Of a stretch of 64,000 bases of DNA, positions 1-13,533 are shown one piece after another. Source of the stretch: Narcine bancroftii (Eukaryota); NCBI RefSeq assembly GCF_036971445.1, contig NC_091475.1, positions 156,612,001 to 156,676,000 of the forward strand. The letters are read 5' to 3'. Made by a program: the position numbers and the translations under genes. The notes below the pieces were generated by a model that did no database searches, was not told the DNA's origin, and was given only the letters and a program-made list of their open reading frames with translations. Position 1 is the first letter of the stretch; every line of letters begins with the position of its first letter.

Positions 1-303
1 TATTTATATCTTATATCGTATTCTAAAAAAGATTGAATTTTCTTCCAAAAAGATTGTATATGTATACATAACCAAACAGCATGAAAAAATGTTCCAACTG
101 TATCACCACGTCTAAAACACAAATCTGATTCACGAAAACCATATTTTTTTATTTTTTCAGGTGTCAAATATAATTAATGTAAAAAATTGTAATTAATCAT
201 ACGTGCATTTATCAATCTAGTTACACCATCATAACAGATATCTAACCAATCTTCTTCAGAAAAAAAATAAAACAAATATCCGCTTCCCATTTAATTTTAG
301 ATC

Positions 304-1638
304 TTTCTTTGGCTTGGCTTCGCGGACGAAGATTTATGGAGGGGGTAAAAAGTCCACGTCAGCTGCAGGCTCGTTTGTGGCTGACAAGTCCGATGCGGGA
401 CAGGCAGACACGGTTGCAGCGGTTGCAGGGGAAAATTGGTTGGTTGGGGTTGGGTGTTGGGTTTTTCCTCCTTTGCCTTTTGTCAGTGAGGTGGGCTCTG
501 CGGTCTTCTTCAAAGGAGGTTGCTGCCCGCCAAACTGTGAGGCGCCAAGATGCACGGTTTGAGGCGTTATCAGCCCACTGGCGGTGGTCATTGTGGCAGG
601 CACCAAGAGATTTCTTTAGGCAGTCCTTGTACCTTTTCTTTGGTGCACCTCTGTCACGGTGGCCAGTGGAGAGCTCCCCATATAACACGATCTTGGGAAG
701 GCGATGGTCCTCCATTCTGGAGACGTGACCCATCCAGCGCAGCTGGATCTTCAGCAGCGTGGACTCGATGCTGTCGACCTCTGCCATCTCGAGTACTTCG
801 ACATAGGGATGAAAGCGCTCCAATGGATGTTGAGGATGGAGCGGAGACAACGCTGGTGGAAGCGTTCTAGGAGCCGTAGGTGGTGCCGTTAGAGGACCCA
901 TGATTCGGAGCCGAACAGGAGTGTGGGTATGACAACAGCTCTGTATACGCTTATCTTTGTGAGGTTTTTCAGTTGGTTGTTTTTCCAGACTCTTTTGTGT
1001 AGTCTTCCAAAGGCGCTATTTGCCTTGGCGAGTCTGTTGTCTATCTCATTGTCGATCCTTGCATCTGATGAAATGGTGCAGCCGAGATAGGTAAACTGGT
1101 TGACCGTTTTGAGTTTTGTGTGCCCGATGGATATGTGGGGGGGTTGGTAGTCATGGTGGGGAGCTGGCTGATGGAGGACCTCAGTTTTCTTCAGGCTGAC
1201 TTCCAGGCCAAACATTTTGGCAGTTTCCGCAAAGCAGGACGTCAAGCGCTGAAGAGCTGGCTCTGAATGGGCAACTAAAGCGGCATCGTCTGCAAAGAGT
1301 AGTTCACGGACAAGTTTCTCTTGTGTCTTGGTGTGAGCTTGCAGGCGCCTCAGATTAAAGAGACTGCCATCCGTGCGGTACCGGATATAAACAGCGTCTT
1401 CATTGTTGGGGTCTTTCATGGCTTGGTTCAGCATCATGCTAAAGAAGATTGAAAAGAGGGTTGGTGTGAGAACACAGCCTTGCTTCACGCCATTGTTAAT
1501 GGAGAAGGGTTCAGAGAGCTCATTGCTGTATCTGACCCGACCTTGTTGGTTTTCGTGCAGTTGGATAATCATGTTGAGGAACTTTGGGGGACATCCGATG
1601 CGCTCTAGTATTTGCCAAAGCCCTTTCCTGCTCACGGT
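304..1638 (-). mobile_element. RTE-clade (AviRTE/BovB-like) LINE, copy 1, 5'-truncated and inactivated
   Basis: RT motifs GVKQGCVL and LLFADD, C-terminal CxxC...HxxxC motif (FPCNRCNRVCLSRIGLVSHKRAC), and 3' end ...cgcgaagccaagccaaagaa. It has a TAC>TAA stop at 889-891 and a 1-bp deletion near 803. It is inserted into L1/Tx1 ORF2. Confidence 0.92.
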
Positions 1639-4600
1639 CCCAACCCTTTTTATCCATACCATCCTGTAATATTTGATACATAGATGAAATATAACCCTTC
1701 TCTGGTACCTTCATAAGAAAAGTCTCAAATTTAGTCATTTTAGGTAAAATCATATCTCTACCAAACATACATTTTACCAAAGATCGAATTTAATAATAAA
1801 GAAATAGAGTTCTTATCAATACCAAAACCTTCCCTCATCTGATTAAAAGATAAAAACTTACTCTCTTTAAAACATCTTCCAAATTTTTCACACCTTTAAA
1901 TCTCCAATGCAATAAACTTTGATTATGTATTGAAAAAGAAATAAGTTGATTATTATACAATGGAGTCAAAGCCGATAATTTACCCCTAGAGCCTGTCATT
2001 TTATTTTTCTTTATCCATAACTTCATTAAATGTTTTAGTATAGTCTCATTATATTGTTGTAACAAATTTATATTCCATCTAAACAAAAATTGATGTATTT
2101 CAAATTCAGAAATACTTGCCATCTCAATTTTAGCCGAATTAGGAGGCCGTACCAAATCCATCAATGAACTAATAAATTTAAGTTGGGCTGCTTCATAATA
2201 ATTTTGAAAATGTGGTAAACGTAATCCCTCTAACTCATATTTCCAAGTTAATTTATTCAAAGCTACTCTTGAAAATTTACCCCTCCATAAAAACTCTCTA
2301 ACCATTTTATTCAAATCTCAAAAAAAAATTTATCAAGTAAATACGGAATAGATTGAAACAAATATTGTATACGTGGAAAGTTATTGATCTTAATTGTATT
2401 TATCCTACCCATTAAATTAAAAGGTAAATCTTTCCATTTAATCAAATCAGTTTTAATTTTTTTGGTTAATGGAGTATAATTTCATTTATATAAAGATTGA
2501 TAATTAACATTCAAAATTATACCCAGATATTTAATTTGATCAGTCCACTTCAAATTAATAATATTCTTATAAACTGAATAATCTCCTTCACTTACCAGTA
2601 ATATTTCACTTTTTTCCCAATTAACTTTATATCCAGAAAGACATCCTTATTGTATTAAACATTCCTTCAAGTGCAAAAGTGACTGAGCTGGGTTTATTCA
2701 ATGCACCAATACATCATCAGCAAATAAATTAATTTTATACTCCTCATCTAAAACTTTCATACCTTGTATCTGTGTATTTTGTCTTATCAACTGTGCTAAA
2801 GGTTCAATCACTAACGCAAACAAAGCTGGTGATAAAGGACAACCTTGACAAGTTGATTGAGTTAACTTAAAGGATTCCGAAATCAAACCATTCGGTTTAC
2901 TATATAGAGCCCTAATCCAACCAATAAAAAAAGGACCAAACTTAAATTTCTCTAAAACTCTAAACAAAAAATTCCCTTCAACTCTATCAAATGCTTTTTC
3001 TCCATCTAAGGATATCACCATCGGATGATCTGAGGATTGTCGAAATCTATTAATCAAACTAATCATGCGCAAAATGTTATCTGAAGCATGTCTATTCTTT
3101 ATAAAACCTGTTTGATCAATATGAATCAACTTGGGTAAAAATTTAGCCAATCTATTCGCTAATATTTTAGCCATTTTATAATCTACATTTAACAACGAAA
3201 TTGTTCTATATGAAGTTACTTTCAAAGGACCTCTATCTTTTTTAGGAATTACTGTAATTAAAGCACTAGAACAAGACTCAGGTAATTCATAATGTTTTCC
3301 AACTTGACGTAATACATCCCCAAACACTGCAGATAAATCATCATAAAAAATTTTATAAAATTCAACCAAAAATCCATCATCACCAGGCGATTTACCGTTC
3401 AGCATTTCTAGCATAGCCATTTCAATTTCCAAATCAGTAAATGGTTCTTCTGACTCCTGTATATCTGCATCCTCTAATATCGGTAAATTCAACTGTGATA
3501 AAAAAAAGATCAATTGATCCAGTGTCTTGTTTTCCTTCAGAAGTATATAACTTTTTATAAAATGAATAAAATTCATCATTAAATCTCACGAGGTTTATAA
3601 GGAATAAGAAAATTCCGTCTAACAGCATTAATAGTATTCGAAATCTGTTCTTTCTTTAATTGCCACGCCAATACCTTATGTGCTTTCCCTCCCCATTCGT
3701 AATACCATTGTTTAGTCCAATTAATCACACATTCAAATTGATAAGATTGCAAAGTATTATATTCCAATTTCAGCCTAGATAATTCTATTTTCTAATCTTC
3801 TGTAGCCTCTTTCTGAAATTCCTTTTCTAACTCATCAATCTGTTTTTCTAATTCAAGACTCAGATTTAATTGATTCTTTTCTATTTTAGAAGTATAACTA
3901 ATTATTTGTCCTCTCAAATAGGCTTTCATAGCATCCCATAATACAAACTTACTTTGAACAGAATTAGAATTTTCTTTCAAAAAAAATTAATTTGTTTTTT
4001 CAAAAAAAATCAATAAATTCCATTTTTAACAACATTGTATTAAACCTCCAATGATAAGCCATTTGAATTTTCTCAGAAGTTGCAAATATAAAATATAACA
4101 AAAAGTGATCTGAAATCACCTTACTTTTATATTCCGCTTGTAGTATTTTCCTTTAAATGTGCCGATACTAAAAAGAAGTCAATCCTCGAAAACGATTCAT
4201 GTCATTTCTCTGTCGGATTAAGACGTCTCCAAATATCTACTAAATTAAGATCTTTCATCAACGCTTGGACCTGAATTGCCATCTTGGATTTCTTAACTTT
4301 CTTCGGAGATTTATCTAATAAAGATTCCAAAACACATTTAAAATCACCACCAACTAAAATATTATCATTAGCCTGACCCAAACATAAAAATGCATCTGAA
4401 ATAAATATTTCATCATCTGCATTTGGGCCATAAATATTAAGTAAAGTCTAAAATTCACTAAAAATCTTACAATTCAATTTAAGAATACATCCTGTCTTTT
4501 CCTCCATTGATTGTAATTCAAAAGATAAATTTTTATGTATCAAAATTGCTACATCTTTAGCTCTAGAATTAAATGAAGAAGAATATACATGCCCAATCCA

Positions 4601-4788
4601 GTCCCTCTTTAATTTCATGCTTTCCTTCACATTCAAATGTGTTTCTTGTAAAAAAGCAATATCAATTTTCATTTTCTTAATATACGCCAAGACTTGCTTA
4701 TGCTTAATCGGACTGTTTAATCCTCGAACATTAGAAGTAGCAAATCTCAACTTTGACATACCTACTATTATTACTAAATACCAATAAT

Positions 4789-5715
4789 TTCTTCTTTGGC
4801 TTGGCTTCGCGGACGAAGATTTATGGAGGGAGTAAAAAGTCCACGTCAGCTGCAGGCTCGTTTGTGGCTGACAAGTCCGATGCGGGACAGGCAGACACGA
4901 TTGCAGCGGTTGCAGGGGAAAATTGGTTGGTTGGGGTTGGGTGTTGGGTTTTTCCTCCTTTGCCTTTTGTCAGTGAGGTGGGCTCTGCGGTCTTCTTCAA
5001 AGGAGGTTGCTGCCCGCCAAACTGTGAGGCGCCAAGATGCACGGTTTGAGGCGTTATCAGCCCACTGGCGGTGGTCAATGTGGCAGGCACCAAGAGATTT
5101 CTTTAGGCAGTCCTTGTACCTTTTCTTTGGTGCACCTCTGTCACGGTGGCCAGTGGAGAGCTCGCCATATAACACGATCTTGGGAAGGCAATGGTCCTCC
5201 ATTCTGGAGACGTGACCCATCCAGCGCAGCTGGATCTTCAGCAGCGTGGACTCGATGCTGTCGACCTCTGCCATCTCGAGTACTTCGACGTTAGGGATGT
5301 AAGCGGTCCAATGGATGTTGAGGATGGAGCGGAGACAACGCTGGTGGAAGCGTTCTAGGAGCCGTAGGTGGTGCCGGTAGAAGACCCATGATTCGGAGCC
5401 GAACAGGAGTGTGGGTATGACAACGGCTATGTATACGCTTATCTTTGTGAGGTTTTTCAGTTGGTTGTTTTTCCAGACTCTTTTGTGTAGTCTTCCAAAG
5501 GCGCTATTTGCCTTGGCGAGTCTGTTGTCTATCTCATTGTCGATCCTTGCATCTGATGAAATGGTGCAGCCGAGATAGGTAAACTGGTTGACCGTTTTGA
5601 GTTTTGTGTGCCCGATGGAGATGTGGGGGGGCTGGTAGTCATGGTGGGGAGCTGGCTGATGGAGGACCTCAGTTTTCTTCAGGCTGACTTCCAGGCCAAA
5701 CATTTTGGCAGTTTC
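4789..5715 (-). mobile_element. RTE-clade LINE, copy 2, 5'-truncated
   Basis: ORF 4846..5703 is near-identical to the other copies and has a GAA-type tail. Possible 5-bp TSD ATAAT (4784-4788 / 5716-5720). It sits in the L1 inter-ORF spacer. Confidence 0.92.
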
Positions 5716-6535
5716 ATAATATCTTTATAGAAAAACTCAAATCAATGTATATAGGCCCTCCAATAGAAAAAAAAAAATCACAAATTAAAAACTAACAAGA
5801 AAATTAAAAAAATAAAGAAAAAAAAAGAAAATCCCCCCCCAAAAAAACCCACCAAAAGGTAGTAATCCCCTAAACAAAAATTGGGTGTGGGTCACCCACC
5901 AGTGGCTGATGACTAGTAAAGAACTTAACGCAAATCTCTCCCTCCCCAGCCAAACAATCAATAACATCAAAATATCATAACAAAAAAAATGGAATAAGAA
6001 AATTCTTCTTTTCATCCAAAAGATTCCAATCTCGGAGATCCCATTTCAGAAGGGGGTAGACTCTTTCCATTTCCGTTTTTCCCCATTTCTGCCATTTCTT
6101 CCGTTTCTGGAACAACCAGATTTTTCTTTAGGAAATAATGGTGGACTACGTCTTTGTCCTCTTATATCTGGCAATGAATCAGCAAAAATCATTGCTTCAT
6201 GTTCATTTTCAAAAAACCGAAATTGATAGTCTCCATAAAACACCTTCAACACTGCAGGGTAGCGAAAAGTAGACTTATAACCTTTACGCCACAAAACTTC
6301 TTTAACTGGATTGAATCGACGTCGACGTTGAATGACCTCTTGACTCAAATCAGGATTTTAAAAATCTCTGCTATTCTGAATCAATAACTGAGTTTGTTGT
6401 CTCGCATTTTGTACTGCGAGTCGAAGTATTGCTTCTCTGTCCAAATAACTCAAACATCGAATTATTACCGGTCTCGGTGGTTGACCAGCTGAGGGTGTTC
6501 TTCTTAAAGCTCTATGGGCTCTTTCCAGTACCTCT

Positions 6536-9500
6536 CACCCCATTCATAATACCGTTGTTTAGATCTATTAATCAAGCATTGAAATTGATAAGATTGCAAT
6601 GTATTGTATTTCAATTTCAATCTAGACAACTCTATTTTTTGATTTTCTGTCACATCTCTCTGAAATTCCCTTTTCTGTTTCAATCTGTTTCTCTAATTCA
6701 AGGCTCTCGGTCGAATAATTCTTTTTAACCTTAGAGGTATATCTAATTATTTGTCCTCTCAAGTAAGCTTTCATAGCATCCCACAATATAAATTTACTCT
6801 GAATGGAATTAACATTTTCTTCCAAGAAGAGATTGATTTGTTTTTTTTTAAATTCAGTATATTCTGCTTTTTTTAACAACATTGTATTGAATCTCCAACG
6901 AGAAGCTGCACACATTTTTCAGAACTCTCATAAGTAAAATACAACAAAGAATGATCTGAAATTACCCTACTTTTATATTTTGCTTGCAATATTTTCCCCT
7001 GTAAATGAGCGGATACTAAAAAAAAATCAATTCGAGAAAAAGATTCCCTTCTCTGTTGTGTTGAGACATCGCCAAATAGCCACTAAATTAAAATCATTCA
7101 TCAAAGCTCGAATTTGAATTGCCATTTTAGATTTTTTAACATTTTTTGGAAATTTATCTAATAAAGGTTCCAGAACACAGTTAAAATCTCCTCCAACCAG
7201 AACATTTTCATTAGCTTGTCCCAGAAGCAAAAATGCATCCGAAATAAATGCTTCATCATCCACATTTGGTGCATAAATGTTGAGTAAAGTTCAAAATTCA
7301 TTAAAAATCTTACAATTCAATTTAAGAATACGTCCTGCATTCATTTCCAATGATTGTAATTCAAAAGGTAAATTTTTATGTATCAAAATTGCTACTCCCT
7401 TAGCTTTAGAAAAAAATGAAGAAAAAAAAAAACATGTCCAACCCAGTCCCTCTTCAATTTCATACTTTCTTTTTCATTCAAATGTGTCTTCTGTGAAAAA
7501 GCAAGATCAATTTTCATCTTTTTGACATATGTCAAAACTCTCTTAAGCTTGATCGGGTTGTTCAATCCCTGAACATTAAAAGTAGCAAATTTCAAATTTG
7601 ACATATTTTAACTAAATACTAAAAATAATCACAAAATTAATAATAACAAAAAAAATTTAAGAATACGTCCTGCATTCATTTCCAATGATTGTAATTCAAA
7701 AGGTAAATTTTTATGTATCAAAATTGCTACTCCCTTAGCTTTAGAAAAAATGAAGAAAAAAAAAACGTGTCCAACCCAGTCCCTCTTCAGTTTCATACTT
7801 TCTTTTTCATTCAAATGTGTCTTCTGTGAAAAAGCAAGATCAATTTTCATCTTTTTGACATATGTCAAAACTCTCTTAAGCTTGATCGGGTTGTTTAATC
7901 CCTGAACATTAAAAGTAGCAAATTTCAAATTTGACATATTTTAACTAAATACTAAAAATAATCAAAAAAAATTTTTTTGTTATTATATAGGACCCCCAAA
8001 TTAAAATATATAGGCCCTCCAAATAAAAATAATATTCATTAATAAGAAAAACAAAACAAAAAAAAACAAAAAAATACCAAAAGGTAGTAACTCCCTAAAA
8101 GAACTGGATGTGGACTACCCACTAGTGACTGATGACTAACAAAGAAATCAGTGCAATCCCCTCCTCCCCAGCCAGCCAATCAAAAATATTAACATATTAC
8201 CAAAAAAATCAGCCTTGAGATTCCAATCCAGATGGTGAACTCATTTCAAGAGTAGATGAACTCTTTCCATTCCCATTCTTTCCACTTCTGCCAATATTCC
8301 CATTTCCAAAACCATCAGATTTTCTTTTAGGAGATAATGGTGGACTTCTTCTTTGTCCTCTGACATCTGGTAGCGAATTAGCAAAAACCATTGCTTCATG
8401 CTCACTCTCAAAGAATTGTGACTGATAGTTTCCATAATACACTTTCAACATAGCAGGGTAATGAAAAGCAAATTTGTAACCTTTACGCCATAAAACATCT
8501 TTAACTGGATTACATTCACGTCAGCATCTAATGACATCTTGACTCAACTCAGGGTAGAAGAAAACTCTACTATTCTGAATCATCTTTGGAGCTTGCCTTT
8601 GTCTTGCATTTTGAACTGCAAGTTGAAGAATTGTCTCTCTATCCAAACAGTTCAAACAATGAACTATCACAGCTCTTGGGGGTTGACCAGGTAGGGTTGT
8701 TCTTCTTAAAGCTCTATGTGCTCTTTCCAATACCAATCCATCAGGAAAAGACTCTTCCCTTAACATCTGAGGAATCCAATTTTTAAAAAGATTTGACAGG
8801 ATCTTGACCTTCTATACCTTCTGGCAAACCCAGAATTTTCACATTATTTCTTCTGCTTTGATTTTCCAAATAGTCTTTTTTTTTGTTAATTCTCTTTCCT
8901 GGGCTCCTAAATCTTTAACTGATTTTTCCACCTTTACTATTGTTTCTGTATTGGATTGTACCTGTTGTTTACATTCAGAAAAGGAAGCTTCAAAATTTTT
9001 AAAGTTTTCCCAATTTTCTTTAGCTTCTGTCTTAACCACAGTTAGGTCTGAGCTCATATCAGTATTCATTTGAACCAGCTGGTTCAATTGACCAGTAATG
9101 ATATCCAAATAAGAAGCAATACCTTCAAACATCATATCAACAGGTTGAGATGCAATTTGGAATGCAGAATCCGGTTCCGTAATTTGTAACTCACTTTCTT
9201 CCAGCTCTTCTTCCATTTCCTGTGCAGTGGCAGAGTAAGGTAAGCCCTCTTCTAGTTGTACATCGAAAGGCAGCATTCTAGTCGTTTTGCTGAGGGTTTC
9301 AACACCCAATGACGACCCCCCGACTTCTCAGGGGGTTGCTGCTGTCCTCCCCCCGCAGACCATTTTAAATAAAATTACGGAATCCTCCATAATTAGCAGC
9401 GCTACTCACGTCCACAGTCACTATAGACTGTGTGTCTAGCGTCACAGTCCTCTTTCTCCGCGCTCCCATCTCTTTCAACGGGGTTATTCTTTGCAACAAG

Positions 9501-9892
9501 CCTCCAGGCTCATGCCCAACTTCTCAGGAGCGCGCTCCTTCCTCCACAAAATGGGTCGAACCAGCGCCATCTTGAGACTGGTGAGTGGCTGTTACTTTAA
9601 CTTTTGTCCCCACCAGCGATCGTTGAGGCTTGGGGATCGCTGAAATCGAGTCCAAGGCTCCGTCAAGTCGTTTAGGCCCCAATTCTTCTACACTTCGAAA
9701 CTGTATTTTCTTTTGTAACTGAAACTTAGTTTTTTTTTACATTAGCAGCCATAATGGCTCACCAAAATATCAAACTAAAAATTAAAATTTTAAAATTAAA
9801 AATAAAGGGTTAAAAAACGGGTACTTAAAAGTCTGACCAGAGAGGACAGGGATGACACATCTAGTCTCTACGCCATCTCGCCACGCCTCCCC
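6536..9892 (-). mobile_element. L1/Tx1-clade LINE 'B': 5' UTR, ORF1, spacer and ORF2 endonuclease, with a ~333-bp internal tandem duplication
   Basis: 5' end GGGGAGGCGTGGCGAGATGGCG near 9892. ORF1 fragments at 8209-9750 (coiled coil, LERAHR, FYPELSQDV). ORF2 start MSNLKFATFNVQGLN occurs twice (7604 and 7937). VGGDFNCVL is present, and the element ends at YYEWGE near 6536. Confidence 0.88.
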
Positions 9893-10388
9893 TTTGTGAG
9901 ATGTCTGAGGAGATTCGGTATGTCACAGAAGACTCTCAAAAGCTTTGACAGGTTTACCATGGAGAGCATTCTAGCTGGTTACATCACTGCCTGGTATGGA
10001 GGTACTAACTCTCAGGACAAGAATAAAATATCACAGGCACCAGACTTCACTCCGTCAAGGACATATGCATGAGGCAGTGTCTTAAAAAAGCAGCCTCTTC
10101 CTCAAAAACCCCCATCTCCCAGGCCATGCCCTCTTTACTCTGCTACCATCAGGGGAAAAAGTACACGAACCTAAAGCCGAGCACGTAACTGCACAAGGAT
10201 GGCTTCTTCCCCTCTGCCATCAGATTCCTGAATGGCGAATGAACCTTACTTACTTTTCATGCTCTATTATTGTTATTTTTATTTTATTTATAGCAATGTT
10301 GGAAGATGGTTTGCTCTATGATGCTGTTGCAGGACACCAAATTACATGATGTGTTCATAACAATAAATTTTGATTCTAATTCTGATTC
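9893..10388 (+). mobile_element. Rex1/Babar-like LINE 3' fragment
   Basis: Encodes ...LRRFGMSQKTL...ESILAGYITAWYG-like text, followed by AATAAA and a (GATTCT)-like tail. Confidence 0.7.
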
Positions 10389-11087
10389 ATTATCTTTTCT
10401 CTGAACATTAAAAGAACTACATTCCATATTTTCTTTAATTCTCTGAACAGATGTAGTATGTCAATCCCTAATCAATCATTTCCTCTCACTTTTCTGTTTT
10501 GTTCTTTGCTTATGAATAGATTTCCATTTAATGTCCTTAAATCTTGCAAAATTTAAAAAAGCAACCAATTATTTTATTACATAATTTTAATAATTGAAAT
10601 TAAACTCCATTTGTTTTCATGTTTTGCATAATAATTCAATGTCCATGTCTCACTTATTTTTCATATGGTTGTTGTAGCACAAGTTAAATGCTTTTGCCTT
10701 CCCTTCGAATTTACAGATAATTTTTTTTACACTTGAATTTTACTTTTACAATTTCTGATGCAATAACTGAGTATTTGGAGTGCCTGTGAGTACTTTTTGA
10801 ATAGATGTATTCAAAAGTCAAATTTATGAAAATGATTCTTCTGTTTAAACATGTTTAAAAATTTTTTACAGAGAATGATTTTCTTTTATGTTTACATTTG
10901 CAAACTCTTAATTCAAAAACTGGGGGTTAGAAGTTGAACTGCCAATGGAAACATGTTAAAGTACTCTGCATAGATAGTGGATGAATTTGAAAGTAAAGTG
11001 ATTGCACTTTAATTACAATATTTAGCACTGTTCCTGATGGACAATTTTCTAGCAGTTTTTTTTCCCAATTGGAATAAATTAAATCTA

Positions 11088-12065
11088 CAGTGCTCTCCAT
11101 GATGTTTGGGCCAAAGTCACTTTTTCCTTTGTTTGCTCCTGTGCTCCACAATTATAAATTTGTAATCAAATAATTCACATGTGATTAATGTGGACATTCA
11201 GATTTTATTAAAAGTTATTTGTATATGTTTTGGTTTGGCCGTGTAGAAATTACAGTACTTTTTATATATAGATCGCCCATTTTAGGACACCATAATGCTT
11301 GGGACAGTTGGCTTCACACGTATTTTTAATTACTCAGGTATGTTTAATTGCTTCATTGGTGCAGGAATAAGAGAGCTAGGCTTGCTTCTAAGCTTTTAAT
11401 CACCATTGCCATTTTTCAACATGAGAATCCTAATCAGAATTTATTGCCTTGAACAAGTCAGGGAATTCAATGTTTTGTGGCAGCATCATAGAGCAAACAT
11501 TCATATTATAACCACCTTACAACAATAATATATAAAAAATAAAATAATAGTGCACAAAAAGAAAGGCAGTATCTTTGGTTCATTGATCATCCAGGAGACT
11601 GATGGCAGAGGGGAACAAGCTATCCTTATTCCATTGAATGCTCGTCTTCAGGCTCCTAATGGTAGCAGAGTGAAGAGGACATGGCCTGGGTGGTGGGGGT
11701 CTTTGAGGATAAAGAGAATGCCTCATGTAGTTGTCCTCAATAGAATGAAGTCTGGTGCCTGTGATGTTGCAAGCCAAGATAGCAACCGTCTGGAGTTTAT
11801 CTTGTCCTGAGAGTTGCCACCTCTAGTGAGTTTTTGAGAGTCTTTGGTGATGCACCGAATTTCCTCAGACACCTCACCAAGTATAGCTGCTGGTGAGCCT
11901 TCTTCATGATTGCATCAACGTGGAGGCTCCAGGGCAAATCTTCAGACATGAGGACCAAAGTTGTGCTAATGAAAGTTAAGAAGCCATTATAAGGCTGAAA
12001 TATAAGAATAAAACAGTAAGAGACATTGCCCAACCTTAAGATTACCAAAATCAACTGTTTGGAAA
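11088..12065 (+). mobile_element. Tc1-family transposon left end and transposase 5' remnant, interrupted by a Rex1-like LINE
   Basis: Starts TA|CAGTGCTCTCCAT, the same TIR family as 14986-17109. Transposase start ATGAGGACCAAAGTTGTG resumes at 11948. Confidence 0.75.
11426..11945 (-). mobile_element. Rex1/Babar-like LINE 3' fragment
   Basis: KKAHQQLYLVRCLRKFG in ORF 11797..12054, tail at the left end, and 7-bp TSD ACATGAG (11419-11425 / 11946-11952). Confidence 0.8.
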
Positions 12066-13533
12066 GCCTGTCTTCAGACTCCCTGCTTCCTTAACACTAC
12101 CCACCCCTCCACCTACCTTGGTATCATCTGCAAACTTGGCCACAATACCATCAGTTCCACATTTTTCTCATCATACGCCATCTGGCATCAACATGCCCAC
12201 TCATTCCACCTCTCAATGTTACTTTTTAGATTATATTGATCCTTCTCACCACTTACTTTCCTACCTGAGATTTTTAGTTCCTGCAAACTTCAATACAATA
12301 CATATTGACTCTTTATCCAAACCCTAATTCTAAATTCTGATCATTTAATACTGATCTTTTTAAAACTCAACAGGAAATATTAATTATTCTTTTTAAAATG
12401 TTTAAATATTCCTGCCTGTTTTCTGTCCATTAACCAATCTCCTATCGATGTCAAAATGTTACTTTTATCATTTTAACCTTAATTTGAATCAACAACTTAT
12501 AAGTTCAACTTGGGGAAAAAATCTTATGAAAATTCATAAAGGACGTCTTCTTTCTTGCCATTATCAGACTCTTAAATGGACCTCTCATTGGTAAAAGGTG
12601 ATGTCTTTGCACAGTTTTAACTGTACTTTTCTCTATACCCTGCACTTTGTTGCTGTAACATAATATCCTGTAACACTATACCCTGCACACTTGCTTTATT
12701 ATTGCACCACCAGCTGTTTTTAAATGAATTGATTGACCTGAGTAGCACGTAAAACAAAGCTTTTCACTGTATCACAATACACTGGTTAATAAACAGTTCA
12801 ATGTGCGTCAAGTGCCAAGACCTAGTGAAAAGCATTTCCATCCCATTCATCAAGTTACGTAAATATGAATTATCTTTGGACATTTTAATGACATATCCTT
12901 GGAAAGGCAACATGACACTGGAGTAATGCATCATATTTGGAAAGTGATTAATGCTGCAAGTGTTACAATGAACTTGTGCAGATTATTTTTTTTAATCATT
13001 AAGAATATCCTAATTTCAACATTACTGCCATAATCTGAACTGGGTTTTGGTTAGAGAGCAAAGGGCCAATGTACATGTCAGTTCGTGGATTACAAACTCA
13101 AGTGAGATTCCAATCCAACTAATGCACAGAATTGTTGATCTCATCCACCAAGTTATATTACATTTAGTGGCTGAGATTTCCTTATTGGAATTTGAGGTGG
13201 CTGTGCGATGCTGTGAAGGTTTTCTAGTCATACTTTGTTCTTTCATCATTCTCATTACAAGTATCTGTTGCAGAACATATTTGCATCAATTCTTATCATA
13301 CCAATGTATCAAAACTGACAGTAATATATTCGAACATAGTTCCCTTAATTGGCAGAATTCTCACTTCTGAGTCAGAAACTAATCGTCTTTCCATACTCTT
13401 ATTCGTGTAACATTGGTTCATATTTCACCACTGAAAGAACTACTGTTGGATGTCAACTTGAATCATACATTTAATTCAGACTACATTGTTCCATAAAGAG
13501 CAAAACATCATTCAATTTCTAAATTAACTTGTA

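Larger units (their letters stand above)
1..6535 (-). mobile_element. L1/Tx1-clade LINE 'A': ORF1 C-terminus, spacer and decayed ORF2, interrupted by RTE copies 1 and 2
   Basis: ORF1 pieces (LERAHR, SQEVIQRRRRFNPVKEVL) at 6046-6535. ORF2 start MSKLRFATSNVRGLN...FLQETH at 4759. RT motifs GKSPGDDG, DQTGF, DGEKAFDRV, QGCPLSPALF and LFADD. Many frameshifts. Confidence 0.9.

Noticed and set aside
309-870. Recurrent ORFs such as MAWLRGRRFMEG..., MASRTKIYGG... and MHGLRRYQPT...
   Set aside because: They are antisense or alternate-frame shadows of the GC-rich RTE 3' end and recur only because the element is repeated.
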